Shown in pieces: positions 19,365 through 27,321 of a DNA stretch of 27,956 nucleotides. Where the stretch lies: positions 1 through 27,956 of the forward strand of contig JBDRWI010000030.1 of the NCBI GenBank assembly GCA_039802265.1, in the 5' to 3' direction. Position 1 is the stretch's first letter. Each line of letters starts with the position of its first letter. Below the pieces are notes generated by a model. The model saw only the letters and a program-made list of their open reading frames with translations, was not told where the DNA came from and ran no database searches. Source of the stretch: a candidate division WOR-3 bacterium (GTDB taxonomy: Bacteria; Hydrothermota; Tepidihabitantia; SM23-42; JAOAFX01). The position numbers and the translations under genes are program-made.

Positions 19365-19513
19365 AAGCAACCTCCTAAAGGCATATGAGTATAATCGTTC
19401 AGTCCTATGCCCATCCGCGAAAACGGCAAGCAGACTGGTAAAGTGTCAATATTTATTTTTCACTTATCCGCATTGGTTCAGAAACAGCGAAAGAAATAAG
19501 ATGTGATAGGAAT

Positions 19514-20644
19514 TTAGGGATTTACCGTTGCCACATATTCCTGACCGGTTTTTGTATATTTCAATATCACAGCACTCTTTATGGGATTCCCATATTCATC
19601 TAAGGAGATATTACCGGAAACCGATTTAAAGTCCTTTATTGACTGAAGTGCCTCTTTCACCTTAACCGGGCTATCGGAGTTTGCCCTCTTTATTGCCTCA
19701 AGGAGCAAAAGTGTAGCATCATAAGCAAGGGTTGCTAAGGCATCAGGTGTGGAGCCATATTTTTCTTTATATTTTTTAACCCAGTTTTGAACCTCGGGCC
19801 TTGGGTCATCCGGTGAATAGTGATTTGTAAAATAACCGCCCACAATTGCCTCACCGGCAATATTTAACATCTCGGGAGAATCCCAGCCATCACCACCCAT
19901 GAGGATTGCATTTACACCTTTTTCCCGGGCTGCCTTTGCAATCAAACCAACCTTGTTGTAGTAATCAGGAATATACAAAATATCTGGATTTGCCTGTTTG
20001 ACCTTTGTTAACAACGCCGAAAAGTCGGTATCATCTTTTTGATAGGACTCATAAACCAAAATCTCTCCCCCACCCTGGATGAAATTTTCGCGATAAAATT
20101 CTGCAAGTCCTTTTACATAATCGTTACCAACATCGTAAAGAATCGCACTCGTCTTTGCCCTCAAATTTTCCAGGGCAAACTTTGCTGCAACCCTACCTTG
20201 AAAAGGGTCAATAAAACATGCTCGGAAGATAAAATCCTTTCTTGAACCATCGTCACGCACAGTGACTTTCGGATTTGTGGAAGTTGGCGTAATCATTACG
20301 ACACTTGCATCCTGACATACCTGAGATAAAGGAATTGAACATTTGGAAGACACAGAACCAATTATCAATTTCACACCATCCTGATTTATCAGTTTACTTC
20401 CGGCATTCTGTGCCTCGGTGGGGTCATTTTTATCATCCTGGATGAATGTCTTAATCTGCTTGCCATTTATTCCACCCTGGGCATTTATCTCTTCAATTGC
20501 GAGTAAAAATCCATTCTTGGTAGATTCACCAAAAGTCTTAACATCACCGGTTAAAGGGGCTACAAGACCGATTTTTATTACATTTTCCTGCGGGCCGCAG
20601 GAAGTCAGCAAGACACAAAACAAAATCAAGTATACTTTTTTCAT
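19514..20644 (-). CDS. livK: Branched-chain amino acid ABC transporter substrate-binding lipoprotein (LivK/LivJ family)
   Basis: Lipobox LLTS-C, IKIGLVAPLTG, EINAQGGING, FRACFIDPFQG, DTDFSALLTK, GGDGWD and AYDA. AAGGAG SD. Confidence 0.92.
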   Translation of the reverse strand: MKKVYLILFCVLLTSCGPQENVIKIGLVAPLTGDVKTFGESTKNGFLLAIEEINAQGGINGKQIKTFIQDDKNDPTEAQNAGSKLINQDGVKLIIGSVSSKCSIPLSQVCQDASVVMITPTSTNPKVTVRDDGSRKDFIFRACFIDPFQGRVAAKFALENLRAKTSAILYDVGNDYVKGLAEFYRENFIQGGGEILVYESYQKDDTDFSALLTKVKQANPDILYIPDYYNKVGLIAKAAREKGVNAILMGGDGWDSPEMLNIAGEAIVGGYFTNHYSPDDPRPEVQNWVKKYKEKYGSTPDALATLAYDATLLLLEAIKRANSDSPVKVKEALQSIKDFKSVSGNISLDEYGNPIKSAVILKYTKTGQEYVATVNP

Positions 20645-20774
20645 TGTATCTCCTTTTTAAATCTTTTTGCAAAAAATCCACTAAAGCAAAATGGTGGAAT
20701 GTCATTACATTTTTAAATTAAGCAGAACAAACCTGGTCAGTAAAGCTTAATAAAACCAGTTCTAAACCCAATTA

Positions 20775-21332
20775 CTAATCTTTCCGGTATTTCTTCATCC
20801 CTTCTTCATATAAATCACCACCATAGGCATCATTCGCAACTATCACTGGAAAATCTTCAACCTCAAGTTCTCTTATTGCCTCAGCACCGAGGTCCTCATA
20901 GGCAACAATTTTAACTGACTTGATATTCTTGGCAATCAGTGCTGCCGCGCCGCCTGTAGCAGCAAAATAAACCGCCTTATACCTTTGCATTGCCTCGCGC
21001 ACCTCCTTTGAACGAATGCCTTTACCAATCATTCCTTTCAAACCAATCTCAAGCAACTTCGGCGTATATGGGTCACACCTACCCGAGGTCGTCGGACCTG
21101 CTGGTCCAATTACATAACCGGGTTTTGCGGGTGCCGGACCTGCATAGTAGATTATCTGTCCCTTCAAATCCAGAGGCAGTGGTTCACCCTTTTCTGCAAG
21201 TTCGAAGAGCCTTTTATGTGCTGCGTCCCTTGCGGTATAAATCTTGCCAGTGATTAAAACACTATCACCAATTTTTAGTTTCAAGACATCCTCTTCAGAA
21301 AGAGGAGTTTTTAATCTAATCTGATCAGCCAT
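20775..21332 (-). CDS. Class I Fe-S fumarate hydratase (tartrate/fumarate hydro-lyase family), beta subunit
   Basis: TARDAAHKR, YYAGP, GPTTSGR, MIGKG and EDLGAEAI. Confidence 0.92.
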   Translation of the reverse strand: MADQIRLKTPLSEEDVLKLKIGDSVLITGKIYTARDAAHKRLFELAEKGEPLPLDLKGQIIYYAGPAPAKPGYVIGPAGPTTSGRCDPYTPKLLEIGLKGMIGKGIRSKEVREAMQRYKAVYFAATGGAAALIAKNIKSVKIVAYEDLGAEAIRELEVEDFPVIVANDAYGGDLYEEGMKKYRKD

Positions 21333-21340
21333 CCTGCCTC

Positions 21341-22189
21341 CTATATTATAGCACTTTTATGCCTTGATGCGTGACAGTTAATGTTAACCGCAACCGGAAA
21401 TGATGCGATGTGTCTGGGAAAGACCTCAATAAATACATCAAGGCAGGTAATCCTGCCTCCCAGTCCCATCGGACCGACTCCGGTTTTGTTAATCTTTTCC
21501 AGTAATTCCCTTTCAACATCGGCATAGAATGGGTCGGGATTACGCTCCCCGATATTCCGCAAAAGCGCCTTCTTTGCAAGATACGCTACATACTCAAAAT
21601 TGCCACCTATACCAATACCGACGACAATCGGCGGGCAAGGATTGGAACTCGCTTGAACAACCCAGTCAACGACAAATTTCTTAACGCCTTCAATACCGGC
21701 GGCGGGCGTCAACATCTTTACCGTACTCATATTCTCGCTGCCACCGCCCTTTGGTGCCACAGTAATCTTTATTTTGTCACCTGGGACAATTCGGGTATGA
21801 ATGATCGGAGGTGTATTGTCATTGGTATTTTTACCCTTTACCGGGTCTGACAGGATTGACTTTCTCAAATAACCTTCAGTGTATCCTTTGGCGACTCCTT
21901 CAGTAATTGCCTGATTTATATCTCCCTTAACCCGGACATCAGAACCGTGCTCAAGAAAAACAACAGCAAAACCAGTATCCTGACAGATAGGAATCTGCTC
22001 ATTTCGCGCGATATCCGCATTTGCTAACAACTGGTTTAAAATATCCTTTCCCGCCGGCGATTCCTCTTTATTAAGCCCATCCTTTAGTGCATTATAGACA
22101 TCATCACCTAAAAAATAATTCGCCTCTTTGCACAATCGGGCAACCGTATCCACAATTGTGCTGTAATCAACCTCACGCAGTGAAGACAT
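21341..22189 (-). CDS. Class I Fe-S fumarate hydratase (tartrate/fumarate hydro-lyase family), alpha subunit
   Basis: PICQDTG, GYLRKS, PKGGGSEN, NPCPP, GVGPMGLGG and NCHASRH. GGAGG SD. Confidence 0.93.
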   Translation of the reverse strand: MSSLREVDYSTIVDTVARLCKEANYFLGDDVYNALKDGLNKEESPAGKDILNQLLANADIARNEQIPICQDTGFAVVFLEHGSDVRVKGDINQAITEGVAKGYTEGYLRKSILSDPVKGKNTNDNTPPIIHTRIVPGDKIKITVAPKGGGSENMSTVKMLTPAAGIEGVKKFVVDWVVQASSNPCPPIVVGIGIGGNFEYVAYLAKKALLRNIGERNPDPFYADVERELLEKINKTGVGPMGLGGRITCLDVFIEVFPRHIASFPVAVNINCHASRHKSAII

Positions 22190-22224
22190 TATAACCTCCC
22201 TTCACTCTTACTTCAACCCTTAAG

Positions 22225-22253
22225 ATTATAATCATAAAACAAGCAGTGGTCAA
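22225..22253 (-). promoter_or_regulatory. sigma70-type promoter of fumarate hydratase genes (leadered)
   Basis: TTGACC (22253-22248), 17 nt, TATAAT (22230-22225). ATG is 35 nt further on, with SD GGGAGGT at 22200-22194. Confidence 0.65.
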
Positions 22254-22267
22254 TAAAAAAGAATGGT

Positions 22268-23605
22268 TTATTTGCCTATGCAAAACTCTTCAAATATCTT
22301 ATTTAAAATATCTTCACGCAGAACCCTGCCGGTTAATTCTCCAATAATATCAAGACAATTATGGAGTTCAAATGCAATTACCTCTGGTGTCTGTTCCTCT
22401 TCAATGTTACTCAAACATTTCCTTAAACTCTTTAACCCCTGGATATGGCGCTGTCGGGTGATAAGAATATTACCGCTGGTCTTTTCGGAATAAAGTCTAT
22501 TTTTAATTTCTTTTTTTAAGATTTCAATGTTATCACCATTCATTGCCGATATCTTTATTGCATCCGATAATATTTCACTATTTCTCAAGTCAAGATTAAG
22601 GTCTGTCTTGTTTATGACAAGAATCTTAGGAAATTCTTTTGTAAAATTATAAAGATATGTATCCTGTTCATTTAGGGGTTCAGAGCCATCAAAGAGCAAA
22701 AGAATCAGATCCGCACTTCTTAATAATTCTTCACTCCGCTCGCTGGCAATCTTGTCCGGTCCGGCTCCCCCGGGAAAAATACCTGCCGTATCTATCAAAT
22801 GGGTTGATATCCCTTCTATTTCTATCTCCTCTTCAATGAAATCCCTTGTTGTTCCTGGTGTTTTATGGACGATGGCACGGTCATAACCCACCAGACGATT
22901 AAAAAGTGTAGATTTACCGACATTGGGTTTTCCGGCGATAACCACCCGGTAGCCGCTTTTCAGTTTACATCCCTGTGTTGCACCACTCAGCAGGGAATCA
23001 ACCCTGTCGCATAAATCCTGAATTTTATTCAGCAATTCTTGTTTGTCAAAATGGACATCTTCCTCTGGAAAATCAATATCTGCCTCAAGGACTTTTAACA
23101 TATCTACAATTTCATTAGCGATATCATTCAAGACCGCCGAAAGTCTTCCTTCTAATTGATATATTGCCAATCTTCTAACTTCATCGCAGCGGGCATTGAC
23201 AATCTCGGACACTGCCTCTGCCTGGATCAAATCGATCTTGTTATTCAATAATGCCCTTCGGGTAAATTCTCCAGGTTGAGCAATCCTCACTCCCAGATTC
23301 AGATAGATTTTTATTATTCTTTCTACTATCAAAGGATTTCCGTGGCAGGATATTTCCACCACATCTTCTCCGGTATAGGAGTGGGGTTTAAAGAAGAATG
23401 TGACAAGTGCCTGGTCAATTTTTTCCTTTGTATCCGGTGCGATAATTGCTCCATAATAGACCCGGTTTGGCAGAAATTCACCAATCTTATCAAAGGCAGC
23501 GAAGACTTCTTGAGTAAAATTGATTGCCTGTTCTCCACTGATTCTGATGACTGCCACGCTTGAATAACCGGGTGGCGTAGCACAGGCAATTATTGTGTCG
23601 TTCAC
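22268..23605 (-). CDS. mnmE: tRNA U34 modification GTPase MnmE (TrmE)
   Basis: DTIIACATP, PHSYTGEDVVEISCHG, PGEFTRRA, GKPNVGKS, GTTRD, DTAG, NKTD and C-terminal FCIGK. Confidence 0.97.
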   Translation of the reverse strand: MNDTIIACATPPGYSSVAVIRISGEQAINFTQEVFAAFDKIGEFLPNRVYYGAIIAPDTKEKIDQALVTFFFKPHSYTGEDVVEISCHGNPLIVERIIKIYLNLGVRIAQPGEFTRRALLNNKIDLIQAEAVSEIVNARCDEVRRLAIYQLEGRLSAVLNDIANEIVDMLKVLEADIDFPEEDVHFDKQELLNKIQDLCDRVDSLLSGATQGCKLKSGYRVVIAGKPNVGKSTLFNRLVGYDRAIVHKTPGTTRDFIEEEIEIEGISTHLIDTAGIFPGGAGPDKIASERSEELLRSADLILLLFDGSEPLNEQDTYLYNFTKEFPKILVINKTDLNLDLRNSEILSDAIKISAMNGDNIEILKKEIKNRLYSEKTSGNILITRQRHIQGLKSLRKCLSNIEEEQTPEVIAFELHNCLDIIGELTGRVLREDILNKIFEEFCIGK

Positions 23606-23608
23606 ATT

Positions 23609-24235
23609 CTAACCGGTTTGGTTGTCTACCTTCTCTTTATCCGCCTCATCCTTTGGGGCAATAATCAGGGTTCGGTTTGGACCTTTACCAATTGTATAAT
23701 ATTTTACTCCAGGAATTTCATTTACTGTATTTATTACAATCCTTTCCTCTCTTGGTGTCATTGGGTCGAGCGCCATCTCCCGACCGGTCTGTTGAACGAT
23801 TCGGGCAATCGCTTCAGTCTTTTTCTTTAAGAAGTTATTCCGCTTTGCGCGATATCCATTTACATCAACGAGAATTTTGGCGTTTGAATAGAAACGGCGG
23901 GCAAGTCGTGATATGAGATATTGTAATGCCCAGAGGGTTTCACCATTCTTGCCAATAAGCAAAGAATCCGTCCCCTTTGTCTTGATGTTAATTGTGTATC
24001 CCTGTTCATCTTTTGAGACACTAATATTTGTTTTAAAACCTAAATTACTGATAAAATAATTGGCCAAGGCAATCAAATACTGACGGGGCTCCTTTATTTT
24101 TATTCTCACTTTCGTTTCTGCCTCATTTTGAGTCAGAATTTCATAGGTTACTTCATTCTCCGTAACCCCTAAGGCTTTTATTCCTTGCGCAATCGCCTCG
24201 TTCAAATCCTTGCCTGTTGCCTCAATCATTTTCAT
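23609..24235 (-). CDS. jag: Jag/EloR/KhpB RNA-binding protein (Jag_N, KH, degenerate R3H)
   Basis: IEATGKDLNEAI, KH motif LLIGKNGETL, VDVNGYR and LDPMTP. Canonical position between yidC and mnmE. AAGGAGG 5 nt before ATG 24235. Confidence 0.9.
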   Translation of the reverse strand: MKMIEATGKDLNEAIAQGIKALGVTENEVTYEILTQNEAETKVRIKIKEPRQYLIALANYFISNLGFKTNISVSKDEQGYTINIKTKGTDSLLIGKNGETLWALQYLISRLARRFYSNAKILVDVNGYRAKRNNFLKKKTEAIARIVQQTGREMALDPMTPREERIVINTVNEIPGVKYYTIGKGPNRTLIIAPKDEADKEKVDNQTG

Positions 24236-24281
24236 CGCTGCCTCCTTCATCGTTTTATAAAATTCTTAACCATTTCATTTT

Positions 24282-25781
24282 TTACTTTTTAACTAAGGCA
24301 ATAAAATATTTTTTGATTATAAATTGTTCAATAATTGATAGTATGTTATAAGTAAACCAATATAATTGTAAACCCGAAGGAAAATTTAAGAAAACAAATA
24401 TCATTACTATCGGCATCATTATTACCATAAATTTCTGTCTCGGGTCAACAGTGGTCATCAGGGATTGAATGAGCATCATAATTCCCATGCCAATGGGCAG
24501 GACATAATAAGGATCTTTGAGGGAAAGGTCGGTTATCCAGAGGACAAATGGTGCCTGGCGAAACTCAATTGATGTGGAGAGAACCTGATAGAGGGCAATA
24601 AAAACGGGAAACTGGATTAGTAAGGGTAAACAACCAGAAAAAGGATTTATCTTATATACCTTGTAAAGATGCATCATCTCCTGATTCAAAGTTTGAGGGT
24701 CATTTTTATATTTCTGCTGTAATTTTTTTAATTCAGGTTGTAGCAATTGCATTCTCTGTTGAGAAATAAAGACCTGCTTTGATAAGGGGAAAAATACTAC
24801 TTTTAAAAGAACGGCAAAGATAATCACGACAATTCCATAGTTCTTAACCAATGAATAGAAGAACTTTAAGATAACGAGTATCAACCGGGCGATTGGTCCC
24901 CAGAAACCACCAGACGCAATCTGTTCATATCCCTTTTTATACTGAACAAGTAGCGAATACTGCAATGGTAATAAAAATATTGAAATATTGATTTCATTTT
25001 TGCCATATATTTCAACACCAAAGCGATTAACATTACTCCTTACTCCACATCCTAAATATGATTTCGCTATCCCTGATTTTGGAAACAGACTGGTGATCTG
25101 ATGAAAAAAGGTATTTTCAATAACACCGAGATTATTGATTATCAAGACAAAATATTTATTCCGCAGGGCGAGCCAGTTCCAGGTTGTTTTGTATTCAAGT
25201 TTTGTTTTAATATTAGGTGTAACGCGGTTGAATTTATAATCCTGAACATAGACATCAAAATGGCGCAGGTCCTCTGACTGATTCTTTTTTTCAGTTATTG
25301 CCAGTCCGTCCTTTAGACTTAGTATCTGGATAAGTGTATCACTCGATATTTTAAGATTGAATCCATTCTCGTGTTCAAAAAAGTATCTCTTATAGATAGT
25401 AATTTCACCAATTTTTTTTGTAAATACCACCGAATCTGGAAATAATTTAGGTTCAAATTGATAAATACTATCAGAGATAACTGTCGTAAAAAGAAATTTC
25501 CCTTCGGGAACAATATCTATTCTATAGTCCTTCAATAAGAATGATTTTATGGCACCGCCGGTTGTGGAAAACACAATTCTTAGCCGGGGTCTATCAACTA
25601 TAATCGTATCCCCAGCGGGAATTTTAGTTGTCTCCAAGTTAGTTACTTTGGATGTAGTGTCGTAAGGTGTATTTTTCGACGGAAGTTTGCTTGGTTGTGG
25701 TTTACTAAAATAACTCCACAATAAAAGAATTATGATCATAAAGAGAAATGCCACCAAAAGCCTTTTCTGTTCCTCGGCCAT
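24282..25781 (-). CDS. yidC: Membrane protein insertase YidC
   Basis: N-terminal TM, periplasmic domain, NYGIVVI, LQPELKKLQQKYK, NPFSGCLPLLIQFPVFIALY, WITDLS..DP and PSGLQLYW. Confidence 0.96.
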   Translation of the reverse strand: MAEEQKRLLVAFLFMIIILLLWSYFSKPQPSKLPSKNTPYDTTSKVTNLETTKIPAGDTIIVDRPRLRIVFSTTGGAIKSFLLKDYRIDIVPEGKFLFTTVISDSIYQFEPKLFPDSVVFTKKIGEITIYKRYFFEHENGFNLKISSDTLIQILSLKDGLAITEKKNQSEDLRHFDVYVQDYKFNRVTPNIKTKLEYKTTWNWLALRNKYFVLIINNLGVIENTFFHQITSLFPKSGIAKSYLGCGVRSNVNRFGVEIYGKNEINISIFLLPLQYSLLVQYKKGYEQIASGGFWGPIARLILVILKFFYSLVKNYGIVVIIFAVLLKVVFFPLSKQVFISQQRMQLLQPELKKLQQKYKNDPQTLNQEMMHLYKVYKINPFSGCLPLLIQFPVFIALYQVLSTSIEFRQAPFVLWITDLSLKDPYYVLPIGMGIMMLIQSLMTTVDPRQKFMVIMMPIVMIFVFLNFPSGLQLYWFTYNILSIIEQFIIKKYFIALVKK

Positions 25782-25782
25782 T

Positions 25783-26088
25783 TTATCTTTCCTTTGAATC
25801 TTTTACAACCGGGTCATAACCCCCCGGTGAAAATGGATTGCAGCGCAAAACCCGGAGAATACTCAGCAAGGTGCCTTTGAGAATTCCATATCTTGAAAGG
25901 GCCTCAATCGCATAATTAGAACAACTTGGCTCGAACCGGCAAACCCTCGGGAGTAAAGACCCCAATGTAAACTGATAAAATCTGATTACACAGATCATCA
26001 AATAAACTAAAAAGTTAGTAATTTCGTTAATTTTATGGACTTTAATCGGGGATGAATTAGAAATACGCTGAAAAAAAACTATACACAA
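25783..26088 (-). CDS. yidD: Membrane protein insertion efficiency factor YidD
   Basis: CRFEPSCSNYA and RVLRCNPFSPGGYDPV; synteny. Exact start is uncertain (GTG 26088 has GGAGG upstream). Confidence 0.93.
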   Translation of the reverse strand: MCIVFFQRISNSSPIKVHKINEITNFLVYLMICVIRFYQFTLGSLLPRVCRFEPSCSNYAIEALSRYGILKGTLLSILRVLRCNPFSPGGYDPVVKDSKER

Positions 26089-26432
26089 CCCTGCACCTCC
26101 CTTTTAAAATGGAGGAAAATTTCAATAATTTCTGTGTATTTTAGTTGGTCTTGTGCCAAAAATAAGACCTCAAACCCCTTAAATATTCCTTTATTCATCC
26201 GATATGCCTCCCTTAAAATTCTCTTTACCCGATTTCGTTTAACCGCGCTGCCGAGTTTCCTGGAGGCAATAAAACCAGCCTTCTGCTTGAGAGCGGGTAA
26301 ATAAACTATTGTTAACTTATTGTAAAAGACCCTTCTTCCTTCTAAAAATAGTCTTTTTACCTCTCTTTTTCTTAAAATTTCATTCTTTTTCAGCCCGAAT
26401 TTTTTGACTCGTATCCGCGCCCCATTAGACAA
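26079..26432 (-). CDS. rnpA: Ribonuclease P protein component
   Basis: RNR motif [17 protein letters not shown]; synteny after rpmH. Start is uncertain (TTG 26432 inside the rpmH 3' end). Confidence 0.92.
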   Translation of the reverse strand: MSNGARIRVKKFGLKKNEILRKREVKRLFLEGRRVFYNKLTIVYLPALKQKAGFIASRKLGSAVKRNRVKRILREAYRMNKGIFKGFEVLFLAQDQLKYTEIIEIFLHFKREVQGCV

Positions 26433-26559
26433 TCAGCCTTCTTCTCCCTTTTTTCCTTCTGCGACTCAGGACCTTCCTGCCACCTTTTGTCTTCATTCTT
26501 GCCCGAAAGCCGTGGGTCTTTTTTCGCTTCCTGCGACTGGGCTGATAGGTTCTCTTCAT
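26425..26559 (-). CDS. rpmH: 50S ribosomal protein L34 (not in the ORF track)
   Basis: Manual translation: [44 protein letters not shown], 44 aa. Confidence 0.98.
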   Translation of the reverse strand: MKRTYQPSRRKRKKTHGFRARMKTKGGRKVLSRRRKKGRRRLIV

Positions 26560-26566
26560 AAATTTA

Positions 26567-26594
26567 AGTATATCCAAAAATTGAGAAAAGTCAA
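26567..26594 (-). promoter_or_regulatory. sigma70-type promoter of the rpmH operon (leaderless geometry)
   Basis: TTGACT (26594-26589), 16 nt, TATACT (26572-26567), 7 nt, ATG 26559. No SD. Confidence 0.75.
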
Positions 26595-26623
26595 CATTTC
26601 AGTAAAAATTTTATTTAATAACC

Positions 26624-26651
26624 TTGACTTAACTCTTTTTAGTCTTATAAT
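26624..26651 (+). promoter_or_regulatory. sigma70-type promoter of the hydrogenase maturation protease gene (leaderless geometry)
   Basis: TTGACT (26624-26629), 16 nt, TATAAT (26646-26651), 6 nt, ATG 26658. Confidence 0.75.
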
Positions 26652-26657
26652 GTCTCT

Positions 26658-27155
26658 ATGTCAGTCCGCTGGTCAGTAATTGTAAAAGAGGAAATTAAAA
26701 ATGCTCGGAGGCTATGTATCTCAGGAGTTGGAAATATGCAGAAAGCCGATGATGGAGCAGGACCATTGGTAATTAAATTGCTTAGGAGAAAAATTAAAAA
26801 ACAGAAGTCCGAAGAAATTTTACTAATTGATTGTGGTGAGGCACCCGAGAATTATTCAGGCGAGATTAGAAAATTTCAACCAGCATTAACAATAATAATT
26901 GATGTATGTATAAGTGGAAAGAAACCAGGCACAATCCATATAGTCAAACCCGAGAAGATTCAATACGATGATTTCTCAACCCATAGACTTCCCTTATCAA
27001 TGTTTGTAAAATTTCTTGAAGAGACAATTCCGACAAAGGTGCTGGTGATTGGCATTGAGCCGAAAAATTTAAACTTTGGAGATGGTATTTCGCCTGAAGT
27101 AAAAAAGGCAGTTGAAGCCCTTGTTTGGTTATTATGCGAATGCCTGAAAATTTAA
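26658..27155 (+). CDS. hycI: Hydrogenase maturation endopeptidase, HycI-like
   Basis: GVGNMQKADDGAG, IDCGEAPEN, IIIDV, STHRLPL and IGIEP...FG..ISPEV. Confidence 0.88.
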   Translation: MSVRWSVIVKEEIKNARRLCISGVGNMQKADDGAGPLVIKLLRRKIKKQKSEEILLIDCGEAPENYSGEIRKFQPALTIIIDVCISGKKPGTIHIVKPEKIQYDDFSTHRLPLSMFVKFLEETIPTKVLVIGIEPKNLNFGDGISPEVKKAVEALVWLLCECLKI

Positions 27156-27197
27156 ATCCGATAAATCAACAAGGCTGCGGCATTTTAACAAAAGTAT

Positions 27198-27221
27198 GCA
27201 AACCTGAAGGTTTACCCTACA
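27198..27221 (-). repeat. REP-like palindromic element, copy 2
   Basis: Minus strand TGTAGGGTAAACCTTCAGGTTTGC: GTAG followed by an AAACC-TTCA-GGTTT hairpin. Confidence 0.6.
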
Positions 27222-27284
27222 TTGTATTCATTAGTCACTATGTAACCGTATTTGTTAATAAAGAAGAGTCAGTTAGCAGTCAAC

Positions 27285-27312
27285 TTGACACAATTGGGTA
27301 GCCGAGTATAAT
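27285..27312 (+). promoter_or_regulatory. Perfect-consensus sigma70 promoter of the hypothetical membrane protein gene
   Basis: TTGACA (27285-27290), 16 nt, TATAAT (27307-27312), 9 nt, ATG 27322. Confidence 0.8.
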
Positions 27313-27321
27313 TAAATTGAA

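Noticed and set aside
20645..20774. Possible riboswitch, T-box or attenuator upstream of livK
   Set aside because: Only weak imperfect stems are present. There is no T-box consensus, leader peptide or known aptamer motif, and the region is short.
26425..26559. Thermus-style rnpA fully overlapping rpmH
   Set aside because: The rnpA frame contains several TGA stops within rpmH, including one immediately before TTG 26432.
427..26679. Many short ORFs from the six-frame track (e.g. 427-678, 824-1093, 2752-3192, 3189-3452, 6681-7040, 12409-12735, 16065-16418, 23276-23563, 26404-26679)
   Set aside because: They are antisense or alternative-frame shadows of well-supported genes, with no motifs. 26404-26679 is antisense to rpmH and spans two promoters.
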